From Folioceros fuciformis (Eukaryota): 64,000 bases of DNA. Each line of letters starts with the position of its first letter. Position 1 is the first letter of the stretch. This document shows, in pieces, positions 45,573-57,900 of the stretch. Made by a program: the position numbers and the translations under genes. The notes under the pieces were generated by a model. It had not been told where the DNA came from. It worked only from the letters and a program-made list of their open reading frames with translations, and did not search any database. Location of the stretch: positions 1 to 64,000 of the forward strand of contig JBNGIO010005690.1 in NCBI GenBank assembly GCA_049999805.1. The letters are read 5' to 3'.

Positions 45573-48500
45573 TTACATTACAATTTCAAGGGAGTTCTCA
45601 GGGCATCCTTTCTCGGGTTTTACTAAAAAGCTATGGACTCGTCCATCCATGTCTGTCCACCAGCTCTGACCCGGCTGCTTCCATTCCCCCAGTACCTCCA
45701 CATTGCCGAACATTCGACAAGCACCCAACATCGTGTGCCAAATTGCAACGTTAGGCATTTCAGGCATTGCCCTCACCAAAGCTAGTGACTCTTCCAGGTT
45801 GACTGCACGGCCCAGCAGATCTACCATGTACGTGTAATGCTCCAATGTGGGTGTGATGCCATAGTCTCCACTTATGGATTCGAAGTACTGTCCCCCCTTG
45901 GTCACCAGACCTGCGTGACTGCATGCCGTTAGTACGCTGAGAAACGTGATGCCGATTGGCCGTATGCCATCCTCGCTCATTCTCTGCATCCTATCGAAGA
46001 CCACTTCAGTGTCACATTGACAGGTGTAGCCTGCAATAAGTGCACTCTAGGTGACAACGTCTCCCCTGCATCGAGGACCTGCTGGGCTTCAACCATGCTT
46101 CCGGACTTGCCATACCTATTTATCAAACTGCCGGCTACAGAAACATGAGTTTGAAGACCTCGTTCTTCAATCTGCGCATGTAGCTGCCTTCCTAGATGCA
46201 AAGCGGCCACGTTAGCACATGCCAGCAGGAGGCACATAAATGTCACAGAATTTGGCAGAAACACTTTCTCTTCTTGCATAGCACTGTACAGCTTAAGTGC
46301 TTCCTGGCCCATGCCCTGCTGGGCATACCCAGATATCATAGCATTCCACGTCACAACATCTCTATGACCACCTCTGTCAAACAGTCTCTGCGCGTCCTTC
46401 AAACTGCCACACTTTACGTACATGTCTATCAGACTGTTGGCGATGAAGATATCAGATTCATGTCCCCGTTTTCTAACTTGTGCATGCAGCTGCTTTCCTT
46501 TCTCCAATGCTGGGGCCCCCACACTCGCACATGCCTGCAGGAGGCACGCAAATGTTACACTATCAAGGAAAGCCATGCCTTCTTCTTGCATTGAACTGTA
46601 GAGATCAAGGGCCTCCATGCCCATGCCCTGCTGAGAATAGCCAGCTATCATGACATTCCACGTCACCACATCTTTTTGAACAAGCTCAGCGAACACACTC
46701 TTGGCATCTTCCAAGCTGCCACACTTAGCGTACATGTTTACCAAACTGTCGGCTACATACACATCCGCCAGATGACCTTCTTGTTTAATTTGCCCGTGAA
46801 GCTGTTTTCCCATATTCAGAGCTGAGGTTCCCATACTCGCGCATGCATGCAGGAGGCAAACGAAGGTTACAGAATTGGGCTTGGTGATTCCCTCTTCTTG
46901 CATGAGACTGTAGACCCGAAGGGCTTCCTGTCCCATGCCCTGCTGGGAATACCCTCCTATCAAGGCCGTCCACAAGACCACGTCCTTTTGACTAATTTCG
47001 TCAAACACTCTCTGCGCATTTTCCATGCTGCCACACTTTGCATACATGTTCACCAAATTGTTAGCTACAAACCCATCAGCATGGTGTCCTTGTTCTCTAA
47101 TTTGTGTATGCAACTGCTTTCCATCCTCCAATGTCGGCATGCCCAGACTTGCACATGCCCGGAGAAGGCACACAAATGTCACTGAATTAGGTGCAGCAAT
47201 GCCTCTTTCTTGCATTGCATTGTAGAGCTGAAGGGCTTTCTGAGCCATGCCCTTCTGGGAGTATCCTGCGATCAGAGCAGTCCACGTGACTACATCGTTT
47301 TGATCAAGTCCGTCAAATACTGTTTGCGCGTCTTCCAAGCTGCTACATTTTGCATACATGTTCACCAAACTGTTACTGCAAAACACATCAGTTTGATGTC
47401 CTTGTTGTCCAATTTGCACATGAAGATGCTTCCCCTGTTCCAATGCAGGGATGCCTACATCTGCACATGCCTGAAGGAGAGATACAAAAGTCATGGAGTT
47501 TGGCACAGCTATTCCTTCTTGCATAGCACTGTAGAGTTGAAGGGCCCGCTGCCCCATCCCCTGCTGAGACTATCCAGCAATCAGAACCGTCCACGTCACC
47601 ACATCCTTTTGGCCAAGACCATCAAGCACTCGTTGAGCGTCTTCCAAGCTCCCACACTTCACATACAGGTTCACCAAACTGCTGGCTACAAACACATCAG
47701 CTTGATACCCTTTCTCTCTTATTTGCTCATGAAGCTGCTTCCCTTCCTCCAACCCCCGAAAGCCCATACTTGCACATGCCTGCAGTAGGCACACAAATGT
47801 GACTGAGACAGGTACAGCAATGCCCTCATGTTGCATAGCCCTGTAAAGGCCAAGGGCTTCCAGGCCCCTACCCTGCTGGGAATACCCTGCTATCATGGCA
47901 GTCCACGTCACCACATCTTTTTCGACAAGCTCATCAAACAACGCCTGAGCATCCTCTAGGTTGCCACACTTTGCATACATGTTTACCAAACTGCTGGCTA
48001 AAAAGACATCAGCTTCTTGTCGTCGTTCTCTGATTTGCGCATGAAGCCGCTTCCCCACCTTCAAACTCGGGCTGCCCACGCTTGCACATGCCTGCAGGAG
48101 GCACACATATGTAGTGAAATTGGGTATGGCAATGCCTCCTCCTTCCATGACAGTACACAGCCGAAGGGCTTCCTGGCCCATGCCCTGCTGGGAATACCCT
48201 GCAATTAGAGCAGTCCATGTGATGACATCCTTCTCATGGATTCCCTGGAAAACCCTTTCAGCGTCTTCTAGGCAGCCGCACTTCGCATACATGTTTACCA
48301 AACTGTTGGCTACTACCGCATCCGCCTGATGGCCTCACTCTGTTACCTGCGCGTGAAGCTGCCTACCCGGCTCCAGAGCACGGGTGCCCACGCTTGCACA
48401 CGTCTGCAGGAGGCACAGAAATGTCACAGAATCGGGTACAGCGATGCCTTCTTCTTGCATAGCAGCGTACAGACGAAGGGCTTCCAAGCCCATGCTCCGC

Positions 48501-49250
48501 TGGGAATAGCCTGCAGGCAGAACAGTCCATGTCACTACATCCTTTTGACAAAGTACATCGAAGAGCCCTTGAGCGTCTTCTAAGCTGCCACACTTCGCGT
48601 ACATGTTCACCACATTGTTTGCTGCAAACACATCACCTTCAACTCCTCGTTCTCTAACTTGCGCATGAAGGTGCTTCCCCCTGTCTACACCCAGATTTCC
48701 CACACTGGCATATGCTTGCAGGAGGCACACAAATGTCACGGAGTTGGGTAGTGTCATGCCTTCTTTCTGCATAACATTGTAGAGACCACATGAAGGCATC
48801 TGGTGTGGCAACCATTTCAAACACATCCATCGCGTCTTGCAACATCCCATGAGCTGCATACATTCGGAGAATGTGGTTGCTTAGGAACGTGTCCGACTGA
48901 TACCCCTTCCTCACCGTCATCTCATGCACGCGGCGACCCTGCACAAGATCCTTCTTCAACACACATTGCTTTAGCACAGTATAAAACAGCCATTTGGAAA
49001 TACAACACACTCCACCCACCAGCACTCCGAAGGCCTCAACGTCCTCCTTGACATGGCCATCCTGACAGAGCTTGTTCACGGTCTCAGTGATCACGCCCCG
49101 TTCGTATCCCGTCAGCATGCTAGTTGGAGCTCTTCCCAGAACGCCTGTCGTCCTCAAGGCGGCCATGGCACATCTTGCGACGTGCCAAGCATGTCAGGAC
49201 ATCATCCCCCATTGTCGATTGCATGTGCTTGCTTGCCGCAGGTCACCAAC
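45573..49250 (-). pseudogene. PLS-class PPR pseudogene, paralog of the two intact giant PPRs
   Basis: Same triplets and KQPGQSWWTD end, but with in-frame stops (TAG ~47570, TGA ~48335), frameshifts (~46000, ~48790) and a deletion in the E region. Confidence 0.9.
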
Positions 49251-49676
49251 ATGATCTAGAGGTACCCTTCCGGCGACGATCTGGGACCGGACCTTGCTCG
49301 AGAGCCCGTTGTATCCACTACTGGTGGACAGCAATGGACTACATGGGCTTCGGGGCTCCGTGCAGAACGCATGGCAGACAGACGTCGGCGCCTCGATCGA
49401 GTGAACTGTTGATCCGCCCTGATGCAGAGCTCTTTGATGTCACTAAGAAGCTGGCCGGAGAGCAGGGTGAGACAATCTTCATTCAAAGCAAAAGCACTGA
49501 GATGAGGCCATCAGACGCTGCTTCTGGCCACGATCTCCCGTACATGTTGGGCAATCCGTCTTCACTACAGCTCGCAATCTCTGACCAGTATCTCGTATAC
49601 CAGGAGACCATGCTAAACGTCAAGGCTCTCCTGACTTCCCCACAGTGCTTTTGGACAGACGTCGACTCTCTCGAGT

Positions 49677-51524
49677 TTATCGAGAGGAAGCATTCTTGCT
49701 GTTCCAATGCGAAGCCAGTGCAAATCCCATCAAAGTCATTACAACCACCTGCAAAAGCAAAGGCCGACGTCTTCTTCAGTCTTGTGCCTGCTTAGCGTCT
49801 ACCTCACAGAAATGAGAGGAAAACACTTACAGATACGGCGGAGGCCACGCCAACCGAAGGGTCCACGAAGAAAGTGTTTGCCAGAGCCAGACTAAGTAGA
49901 CTGCTTTGCATGCCTATCAGGAGAAGACTTCATGAGACCCACGAGCCGTGAGATATCTTCCCAAGGAAAGAAGCCCCTGGAATCCTCAATCTTACCTGTC
50001 TCAAGAGAGATGGCTTTTGAAAGACCATCCAGATCTGGAGCGGAAGGGAAAACAACCTGAGGTAGTTTGTAGCCAACTACAAATGCAACTGCATGGAAAC
50101 CGAGCACCGGCACCAGCAGTGCCAGCCCATTCCAAGAGCGAAGTATGTGGATGTTGCAGGCCAAGGGAGAACCAACACAGAGGCATGTAACTATCACCGA
50201 CAAAGCTGGCAGGAAGGCCTTGATGGATCCGGTGAGACGAGGGATGAATCTGCATCCAGAGTGATGCTACCACTTTAGCACCTGCTGAAGAATTCTCGGA
50301 AAGCAGTGCCCTGAGCATCACAAGACTTGATGGCACACCGAGGTCGCACACATTGTGCTGTGGTACTTGACCTGTTGAGGAGGAGACCGGCTGTGATGGG
50401 AACAACCACAATCTGTGTGATGTTTCTCACCATGCCTGGTACATCCACAGGAAGTCGGCGCCCCAAGAGCAGAAGTGTCAGCAATGGGGTCACAAATACA
50501 GCAGTCGCTGTTGACAGTGCCGTCATCACTATACTCAGAGGAGCCATGGCCGGTTCTACCATATAAGTTGCATAGTTTGATAACTGGGCGCCACTCACAC
50601 ATGACATTAGCAGAAGCCCAGATCCTGCGGCCAAATTCATGTGAGCTTGAAAGCAATTTCTTGAAGCCTGGTGCAACTAGAGGCTTTCTACATCGACCAC
50701 CCCTTACCAATAGCCTCAGGAAGGCCAAGAGTAGAGACAGCCACTGAGGCAAACAGCAGACCAAGAATTGGCTTCACTACATATTGGCCAGCATAACCTA
50801 GGGCGATGATCCAAGGACGCTGAAGGACCTGAAAAAAATCATCCAAACTCAGGTTGATGCCGACTGCAAACATCAAGTAGCCTAACGCAGGAGCATAGTA
50901 TCTACAAACAGGTGGATATAAAAGCCTTGGTCAGTCGTGCACAGTAACACCAAAACATGATGAATCTTCAAGGTTGATGCCAGCTGCAGAACAGGTATCA
51001 TCCTACCTTGTTGAAAACCATGTAAATGAAGGTGGGTGGGCCAAAGCCAGAACTGTACTTCCGACGACAGCATGAGGTAAGACACGGTTAGCGTTCTTGA
51101 GCAGCTGCGTCACGGACTGCACCTTCTGCAAGCCTTTCAACAAACCTGTCAGCTGACTTTTGACTCAACCTGGATAGCGAGTGAGAGGTTTCCAGCTGCT
51201 GTACAAGCTTCCAGCTCCCATCACCAAATCCTCGATGTTAAACCATCAAAGTGCGCATGGCTCTGTACCTTCTGAGAGTCGGCTCCAGGATCAGCACCAC
51301 GGCTTGCTGAGCCCCTGATTGTTCGAGATAGCGACTGCAGTTGTGCAAGTCTGTGATAGCGTAGAACTTCTGCACCAGGAGCAGAACTAAATGCCTGAAT
51401 CCACGGCTACCAGAGATTGCCTTCTAGTTTCTTTCGTTCGCAGGGTAACCGGAAAACAGAATTATGACTCACTCGGGGACAAGGCTACAGCTGGGATTCT
51501 GAAGCCGTTTGCGTTCGATGCCAT
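49677..51524 (-). CDS. BASS6: Bile acid:sodium symporter family plastid transporter (BASS5/BASS6 type), multi-exon; start approximate
   Basis: YYAPALGYLMFAVGIN, GYAGQYVVKP, MSCVSGAQLSNYATY, LSIVMTALSTATAVFVTPLL, CVGSPLA, SLETGMQSSLLSLALA and last exon VVVMTLMGFALASHW; stop at 49677-49679. Confidence 0.9.
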
Positions 51525-52399
51525 CGCCCCATAGCTCAACGTGGGAACAAATGCCCCTGCCAAACGAGTTGCTTTACACTGGGCCATGGTTGTGGACCTC
51601 CCTCTGCGGCGGAGAGACACTATCACAAATGTAGCCTCCTTCGAGATAAGAAGGAGAAGAAGTCTATCCCAAAGCTACACCTAGATTACTATGAAACATG
51701 GAATACTCTTCTCGTCACCGTAATGCAGTAGGCATTCGAGATATTCGATCGACGTTGAGCCTTGTTTCGAGCACTCTACCAGGTGGGAATGCAAATGCTT
51801 GACCGATGCAAGCTCTCCTTTCGTGCAACCATTTTCATGCTGCTTAGCTTTATGGTTATGGGCACATAGCACTATGCGCACCTACATCGCTATATCTAAG
51901 ATTCTCTCATATTATACATCCCATAGCTTGGGTCAGCCACTTATTCCCATAGCTTGGGTCAGCCACATATAAGTGGCAGAGAAACACACAATCTTGGTGT
52001 ATGCTAGAAAAGTTTTGATGGGTGTTGAATCATTGTCATCCTACTGTTTTGGCTTACTTAGGACTTTCATAAGTTTTGCATAGTGCATTGCACATTTATG
52101 TCTTTCACACAAAGCTAGCCCCTTTGAAATTTGCAAGGCTGCAACTCACCATCGCACCTAACCCAAGGCTATTTCAAGACCTCATTTACAAGAAGATTGC
52201 AGTACTTTCCCCTTCACGCCTTAATATTGCTCTAATTCACAAAGCTTGTTCCACAAATTGCAACAGGAACCCATCATAAGGTAATGGTATGAGATCATAC
52301 TAATGAAGGAGGCCTGCAATTGCATGCTAGGTTGAACAAATTGATACATGAAAGTCTCCAACATTATTCCGACAAAAGGCTTTTATAAAGATACTCATC

Positions 52400-52735
52400 T
52401 AGGCTGAGACCATTTTGTGTTGAGACCATTTTGTGTTTGCCTACCTTCTGCAGGCTCGTGTAAGCACTAATGTTATCTGTCCATCTATCTACATCTGCCC
52501 GCCTACCTACATCTGCGTAAAGATATTGGTGCAGGTATTCCAGCCTAAGAATGCTTTCAAAACACCACATTACCCTAGCTATATCACCATGGATTGTGCA
52601 AGCATTCAACAATGGGTCATATCCTAGGGCATGACGTTACTCTGGCCACCACAAGGCAAAAGCATCTTTTGTGCCTCATTTAAACGGCCCAAGAGCCCAA
52701 GAAGATCAACCATACAACAACATAAGAAATTCCCC
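52400..52735 (-). pseudogene. PPR E-domain fragment
   Basis: CMVDLLGLLGRLNEAQKM and MLNACTIHGDIA...LYADVGRRADV resemble S2/E1/E2 motifs; isolated and disrupted. Confidence 0.65.
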
Positions 52736-52739
52736 GCAG

Positions 52740-53040
52740 GTTCTCACATGAGTCTTAAACCCCTTAGTCTGATTCATACAGACCTCGTAAGACCTAATAA
52801 TGCAAACCTCCTCCCTACAAGGTTTTCTTCATCCAATCACCTTCACGGATTACTCGTTTTGGACATTGGGTATACTTTCTATCCGCCAAAACCCCTCCCT
52901 ACAAGGTTCTCTTCATCCAGTCACCTTCATAGATTACTAGTTTTGGACATTGGGTGTACTTTCTACCGGCCAAGTGGTAGAAACTCAAGCCAATACAAAG
53001 GTAAAGATCCTTAGAAGTAATGGTGGTGGGGAGTTCGACG
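52740..53040 (+). mobile_element. Copia integrase fragment with an internal ~80-bp duplication
   Basis: PLSLIHTDL, ITFTDY/ITFIDY-like and SNGGGEF remnants; the block ctccctacaagg...ggacattggg...ctttcta occurs twice. Confidence 0.6.
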
Positions 53041-53114
53041 ATATTTAAGTGCTTTTAGTCATACATCTAATAGATTTTAGTAAAAAATACTTTTATAAGA
53101 GGAATGAAGCATGT

Positions 53115-53188
53115 GGCCTATTAGCTCAGTTGGTTAGAGCGTCGTGCTAATAACGCGAAGGTCACAGGTTCGAAACCTGTATAGGCCA
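53115..53188 (+). tRNA. tRNA-Ile(AAT): tRNA-Ile, anticodon AAT
   Basis: GGCCTAT/ATAGGCC acceptor stem, D arm TAGCTCAGTTGGTTAGAGC, anticodon arm TCGTG-CTAATAA-CGCGA and T arm CAGG-TTCGAAA-CCTG. Confidence 0.96.
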
Positions 53189-53744
53189 TTGATGGCTATC
53201 GCTTGGTTGTGTTTTATTTTGTGTCGTACTTGTGTTTTGGGCTTGCAGTACCCCATGGCACTGCAAGCCTTGAAGGCATTCACTTGATTCCTGCATACGA
53301 TGTCAGGCTTGTCACTCTGGATTCACTTGATTCCTGCATACAATGTCAAGCTTGGCCATGAGTGACAAGGGCTGCAGGGGCGGACCCAGCTTGTTCTAGA
53401 CGTCGAACATCGCCTTACCATGGGGTGCAGTAGACTAACCCACACAGAAAGGATGTCCGCCCGCTTCGCGGTGTTCAGACTGTAAGTTCACGGTGTTCAG
53501 GCTTGGGTTTAAACAAGTCCATCCTAACCCGTCAGGAATTTTGGGTGAGAAAATGTCCCAAGTCATTCACAGATGGATCACCATGCTCGTGTCTCTACAT
53601 CTCGTGCTGGGTCAGTCGACGTCGAACCAGGAGATGATGCGAGTACTTGGATTACATTTCATACATGGCTGAACAACATGGCACGTGCCTCGAACGTACT
53701 AGTCTAATGAGCATTAGATCATGCAGCCTTGAGATCACCTTGGC

Positions 53745-54185
53745 ATTGCCTTGGTTATGATGCACTTCCTTGGCCTGGGCTCACCTAATGGGTCTCCGTG
53801 TATTACAGCAGATTGCACTGATTGATAGAAAGGCTAGGTTACAATGCCTTGGTTATGATGCACTTCCTTGGCCTCGGCTCACCTAATGGGTCTNNNNNNN
53901 NNNNNNNNNNNNNNNNNNNNNNNNNNNNNNNNNNNNNNNNNNNNNNNNNNNNNNNNNNNNNNNNNNNNNNNNNNNNNNNNNNNNNNNNNNNNNGGCTCAC
54001 CTAATGGGTCTCCGTGTATTAAAGCAGATTGCATGGATAGAAAGGCTAGGTTACATGTTGTTCAAGTTTCAGGCTAGGTTACACTTTCTTGGCCTAGCAC
54101 TGATTGATAGAAAGGCTAGGTTACATGTTGTTCAAGTTTCAGGCTAGGTTTCACTTTCTTGGCCTCGGCTCACCTAATGGGTATC
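53745..54185. repeat. Nested tandem repeats flanking a gap (ggctcacctaatggg, gatagaaaggctaggttac units)
   Basis: Multiple visible copies on both sides of the N run; copy number is unreliable. Confidence 0.8.
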
Positions 54186-54936
54186 CGTTCAATAGGTTCA
54201 AGTTTCTGTTACTATAAAAAAATCTTTTTAATAAAATAGATAATTTGAGAAAACAGTACTCAAAACTAGAGCCCATGCCCTTTTGTTAGGGTCGAATCAG
54301 TAAAAGGCGCTTTTGTTAATCCTTATCTTATCAACCATTACATGGAGTGTTGAAAGAAGATATGTAATTATAGAATGTAAGGAAAGAATGACATGTTCGT
54401 ATTATGAGAAGAAAACCTAGTTACAGGGGATAGATTTGTTTAGAGGAAAAAGCTCTCAAAATTCATCATTTTGCAGCCACACTACATGCTTCTTGGAAGC
54501 AACAAAGATCCTTCAAGATAGAAGGAGAGGATTTGAAGACAAGTAGCAAAAATGTGACAAGTGAAGACAAAACATGTGTGATATGCAACTGTACCTCTAG
54601 AGTACTCTTTTCACCAAATTAAATTGAAAGAGAGGAAGATCTCTTGGTTTAGTGCTATGTTCATTACTATTCAAGAGGGTTAATTAAGAGGAGTGCAACA
54701 TGGCTTCAAGGCTCATGAAATACTCGGTTCTTTGGACAAGAGTACCATTTTAGAATATGTTGATCATGGAGTATACACTTCATTTCTTCTGGCACATGAG
54801 ATCTCTAAGAACCCAAAATGAAGCTGACAAGCATAGTCCATTGTGAAGTGTCATATTCTCATGGAAAGTAGACCTAGTGAAGGTCATACTTAAGGACTTT
54901 CAAACTTATGAAATCCCTCATTACCCACATTTTACC

Positions 54937-57900
54937 ATGTCTGAAGCAGTTGTTGCTCCTCCTATCGTGGCCCCTGAGCCTGTGGTGATCAGAGAATGGT
55001 CTGATCAAAATGCAGATGTGGACGTTGAACACCCATTGAAAGAAGTAAGTAACCTTTTTAGAGACAAAAGAGTTAGTTGTGCTTGCTTTTGTTGCTACAA
55101 CTGGATGGTTGTTGGTAAACTTATTTGCTAATCATACTCCGTGTTCGACAATAGCATCGCAGAGATGCTGGAAGAACAAAGGAAGAGATTGAGCGGTTCA
55201 GTATTGATGAGAACCTTGGTGAACTGGATCGTGCTAAAATGTTTTTGGCACTTGATGCACATAGGGCAAGTAGCAATCTACATGTGAAAGCATGTGTTCA
55301 TCTTTTCATTTCAAACACAAATTAATCACATGAATGTGATTGTTCAATGATTCCAGCTGCAACAAAGTTGTGCCTTGGAGAAGCTTCCTCTTCTATTTCG
55401 TGAGCATGGGTACGCAGTATATGAGGCATTGTTTGTTACTTTGAATGAAAATCTTGAGCAGTATGGACCTCAGCTTCAGGTATGTGTGGTATCTTCTACT
55501 ACTTTGTTCACACANNNNNNNNNNNNNNNNNNNNNNNNNNNNNNNNNNNNNNNNNNNNNNNNNNNNNNNNNNNNNNNNNNNNNNNNNNNNNNNNNNNNNN
55601 NNNNNNNNNNNNNNAAGAAGTAATACTTCTATCCTTTTGAAATTTTATTATACTTTCACAACTTGTAATGTAAAACCTTAATAATCACAGAAAGAAAGAA
55701 AAAATTGTATATATTTTAAAAAAATCTTTTAGTTTTAGTTTTAATTTTAATTTTGTGAATATCAAGTAGGTTTCTTCATGGTTACTTCCCACTGTTATAC
55801 AAATGTTGAATATAAATCGAAGTACTGAGGTGATGCGAGTGTGGTTGGAAGTTCTTTGTTTAACTATTCCTTTGCTTCCTGTGAAGGTATAGAGCATGTC
55901 TTTTTTCACAGCATATCTCTACCTTATAAAAGGGGGAAAAAAAAAAACATATTGAATAGCCACAATGATTGTGATGATTTATTAGCTTGCAGGTTGTTGT
56001 TAGTGACTTATTGCAATTAGCATTGACGAAAGGGGTGGTAGACGAGATTGCGCAATCTCGAATCGTGTGTTGTCGAATTCTAGGAGCTATTGCACCTTTA
56101 TTGAGTCGGCAAGAAATCGAACAAACATTCCTTCAAAAAGCAATGTCATTATGTCAAGTGAGTTTAATCACAATTCTAATACTCCATGAATTGCGTTACT
56201 GATTCTCTGGATTGTGATCACTTATGCACATTACCCCTTCAAGGATTGACACCAGAACATGAAGTCATTGAAACTTCACAATTAAGTATCAATGAGACTA
56301 ATTAGTGGTTGGATGGGTCCAAGCTATGCATAACTTCTCGTACCCATAGAGCCCATTATGGCCTTGTTTCCGTTACATATTAGTGTTCAATCAAATTACT
56401 GGAAATCAAAATTCGAGCACGAGACTTCTAACTAAATGTTGTATAGAACATTTGTCGAGTCTAATTATTCTCCATAATAATCAAGTTTTATAGTCTAATG
56501 TTATTGTATTGCAGGATACAGATGCTGAGGTTCGCATCTGCATGTGTGAACAACTCAATGGAATAGCACGAGCTATAGGAGTTGAAACAACTCAGGTGAA
56601 ATATATGTTTCGCAACTAGATGATTTTTTCATATTTTTTTTAACAATTCACGTTATGAATCCAAAACTTTTACAATACTAAATACATGGCGTCGGAAATT
56701 GTTGCATTTGAGAAGAAAACTGTCTTGGTGGAACTCTATGAGCTCTTGAAAGATGAAGAAGTATTAGTACACAACGCTGCATTTGAGTCACTAGTCCAAC
56801 TCCTTAACTTTTTATCTTCTGAAATTAAGAAGACCCAAGTTTTACCTTTCATTCGATCGTAATTCTTCAGTGACTTCTTCTTCGATCCTAGAAGCTGATT
56901 ATTTATTGAATACTCTACTTTTTTCATTAATAACGCACGGGGTTGTCAGATAACATGTGTTCCGTGTTATGAAAGCATTGTTTGTTTCTTTCATCTTGTA
57001 GGTTCTGCGTCCAAACAGACCAATCTTCTCTCATATGTTTGGCAAGGTTATTTGGTGACATGATGTTTAAGGTACATTTTCTAAATTGAATTCGGAGTAT
57101 GACTAATGAAGAATTGTTTAAGACCGTAACATATACTGTCTTCCACCTACAAAAAAGGCAATGTTAAGTGAATATTGCAGATGTCCAATGACTTGTCTGA
57201 TGACGATATTCAAAACTTGGTGGATGCATATAAAACACTCTCGCGACGATTACATGAAGAAATTCGAACGGTATTAAACCTTTCGAGTTATAATCTATGC
57301 TGTAAAATCTACTTCGAGCATAAAAAGAAGATATTTTAATTTTAAAATAATTAAGATATAAAATATTCTTAAAATAAATAAATATTTTTTAAAATTTTGT
57401 AGTTGTGTGCACAAAATTTTTTATCTGTTCTAAAAGCGGTTGGTGTAAGGAGATATGCTATGAGTTTACATGTTGTGTATTTGCAATTTGTGCAAGATCC
57501 TTCAATTTTAGTTCGAAAAAGCATGGCAACATCTTTCCTTGAGGTACAATTACACAACAATTTTTTATTTTATTTTTTATCACAGGTTTCTTCAACAAAA
57601 TTTACAAGTAATTGATCACATGATAGCAACTTGTATGTTACATGAAAAGGATGTGAGAATACTTAGGGGCATAAAGAGAAATCTATCTTGTAACAAAGAT
57701 CAAATGTTAAAGACTTTTCACCTCATGATCTCATTGTAACTTAAAAATCATGACAGCGGCAAATAGGTTTCAAAAATTTTAGGGAAAGAACGAACTGCTA
57801 CATATCTTAAAGAGCCCTTCATAATGTTGCTTAAAGATTCTTCATGTGACATTCTCAAGGCTTTCCTCCCTACTCTTCGAGAAGTTCTAGGTGCTATTGA

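Noticed and set aside
48335-48337. TGA stop in the PPR pseudogene as a possible U-to-C editable codon
   Set aside because: Reverse editing is organellar and this is a nuclear gene; it also has a TAG replacing a Tyr codon, plus frameshifts.
33141-48600. Many 60-230 aa ORFs overlapping the PPR genes
   Set aside because: Antisense and alternative-frame shadows of the repetitive PPR coding sequence.
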